Source: an uncultured Armatimonadetes bacterium (GTDB lineage Bacteria; Armatimonadota; UBA5829; DTJY01). From it: a DNA stretch of 64,000 nt. Made by a program: the position numbers and the translations under genes. Under the pieces are notes generated by a model. That model was not told the origin of the DNA and searched no databases. It worked only from the letters and a program-made list of their open reading frames with translations. The stretch covers positions 4,256,001 through 4,320,000 of the forward strand of contig OY970325.1 in the NCBI GenBank assembly GCA_963717145.1. The letters are read 5' to 3'. Shown here piece after piece: positions 62,743-64,000 of the stretch. The number at the start of each line of letters is the position of its first letter. Position 1 is the first letter of the stretch.

Positions 62743-63213
62743 TCACTGGCGCTTAGCGTATATCTCTTTCACGGTCCGGTTCGCCTGCTCGATCCACTGC
62801 CGGATCGTCGCCTCGGGCACGTTCCACTGCTTCGAGGTCGCCGGGACGTCGATGTCCTCGTAGCCTTCAGCCGGAGTGCTTCGCGGGCTCTCGATCCACT
62901 TGCCGGACTCTGGATCGAACCGGAAGAGGTTCACGAAGTACTCGCTGTCTTTGTAGCCGATCACCGTCACCCCGAAGTGCGCGCCCTCGTGGTCATGCAG
63001 CTTGTCATAGTCCAGCGTGCAGCCGGGGTTCTTCTCGCATTCCGACCGCGCGTCTGCCACGAATGCCTTCCAACTCTCCGCGGCGATGACAATCGGCTTC
63101 TGCGCCTCCGGTCTGGGGGCAGGCTGCTGCACAGATGTTGGCGGCGGCTGGCAGCCGGAGAGGATGAGAACGACAAGCGCCGCGCCGAGGCATGTGTTCA
63201 TCGTGGATCGCAT
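62743..63213 (-). CDS. Hypothetical lipoprotein
   Basis: Lipobox ILSGC. Confidence 0.7.
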   Translation of the reverse strand: MRSTMNTCLGAALVVLILSGCQPPPTSVQQPAPRPEAQKPIVIAAESWKAFVADARSECEKNPGCTLDYDKLHDHEGAHFGVTVIGYKDSEYFVNLFRFDPESGKWIESPRSTPAEGYEDIDVPATSKQWNVPEATIRQWIEQANRTVKEIYAKRQ

Positions 63214-63222
63214 GATCTCCCC

Positions 63223-64000
63223 CTACTCGATGATGATGTTGGCGGCAAGCGTTCCATCGCCCGCATGGGGCTTGCAGATGGCCGCAAGCTCCTCCCGGAT
63301 GCGGGCGATCTCCTTGGCCGGCCTCTTGTCGAGGATCGCCTTCCTGAGCTTGAACGCGCCCGCCACATAGTCCGGCTGCCACGAGAGCTTTCCGACCGCC
63401 CATTTCGCCTCAGGGGTATCCGCGAGCCCGACCGCCTCGCTCATCAGTTTGCGCGTCTCATCGATCAGCGGCTCGAGAGGCGCGAGCGCGTCGGGCGTGG
63501 GGCTTTCCGGTGTCAATGCCCCGAGGGAAATCCTGGTCGCCGCCGAGTTGTACTTCTTCATGGCATCGGCAGACGCGCCGAACCGTGCCCTGAGGTACGC
63601 GTCGTACCACTTCCCCGCATCGAGCTTCTTGTCCCACGAGGCCTTTGCGAACACGAGATGGTGAACCTCCCGCGCGAGCCAGTCGCTCGGCGCGCACCGA
63701 CTGCTCGTGCCGATCTCGCCGGCCGCCTGCCGATGGGCTATCTCCTGCGCGATCTGCTCCGGCACGATCACAGGCAGCGACCGCCAACTTCCCTTGTCGG
63801 CGTCGGGCGTGGTCTCCGGCTTTCCAACTTCCAGCCGGAGGCCAAGCTTTTCGATCAGCGCTAAGCTCCAAGCCTTCGTCAACTCGTGTGTATCGTCGCG
63901 GAGCACGAGAGTGTTCTGACGGTTCTTCACCATCCAGTCCAAAATCGCCGGGCCGTTCGACTCCGTGTACGAGCCGCCGGGGTCTTGTTGGCGATGCTTC
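63223..64000 (-). CDS. Partial CDS, possibly carbohydrate-active (5' end outside window)
   Basis: Frame open to window end; DWMVKNRQN, RFGASADAMKKY. Confidence 0.55.
   Translation of the reverse strand, partial: KHRQQDPGGSYTESNGPAILDWMVKNRQNTLVLRDDTHELTKAWSLALIEKLGLRLEVGKPETTPDADKGSWRSLPVIVPEQIAQEIAHRQAAGEIGTSSRCAPSDWLAREVHHLVFAKASWDKKLDAGKWYDAYLRARFGASADAMKKYNSAATRISLGALTPESPTPDALAPLEPLIDETRKLMSEAVGLADTPEAKWAVGKLSWQPDYVAGAFKLRKAILDKRPAKEIARIREELAAICKPHAGDGTLAANIIIE

Overview
GC-rich bacterial chromosomal window. The repeated surface-protein domain, PEP-CTERM protein and gene content suggest Armatimonadota (inference). Housekeeping genes: mfd, ftsB/divIC-like, pyk, eno, Nif3, nuoABCD, PIN/TRAM-ispDF and tRNA-Ser. 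Other content: secreted multidomain enzymes, a sugar ABC transporter, partner-switching modules, a Type IIG-like R-M enzyme, nfeD-SPFH and a glycan-catabolism cluster. Standout: 13304-16312 (-) encodes a ~1000-aa miniaturised single-chain fusion of RNA polymerase beta and beta' cores. It keeps the catalytic motifs (NGDFDGD, GDKxxxRHGxKG, FED) but lacks the flap and a recognisable trigger loop. It is translationally coupled to an ECF sigma factor and lies next to a lower-GC RelA/SpoT-like two-gene module. It is interrupted by two single-base indels, probably assembly errors, since similar indels hit two other genes. Non-coding DNA holds several REP/palindrome families (one inserted in frame in a gene, a second possibly), a MITE with 8-bp target duplications sitting just upstream of sigma70 promoters, a decayed tRNA-Ser islet and a candidate structured RNA.
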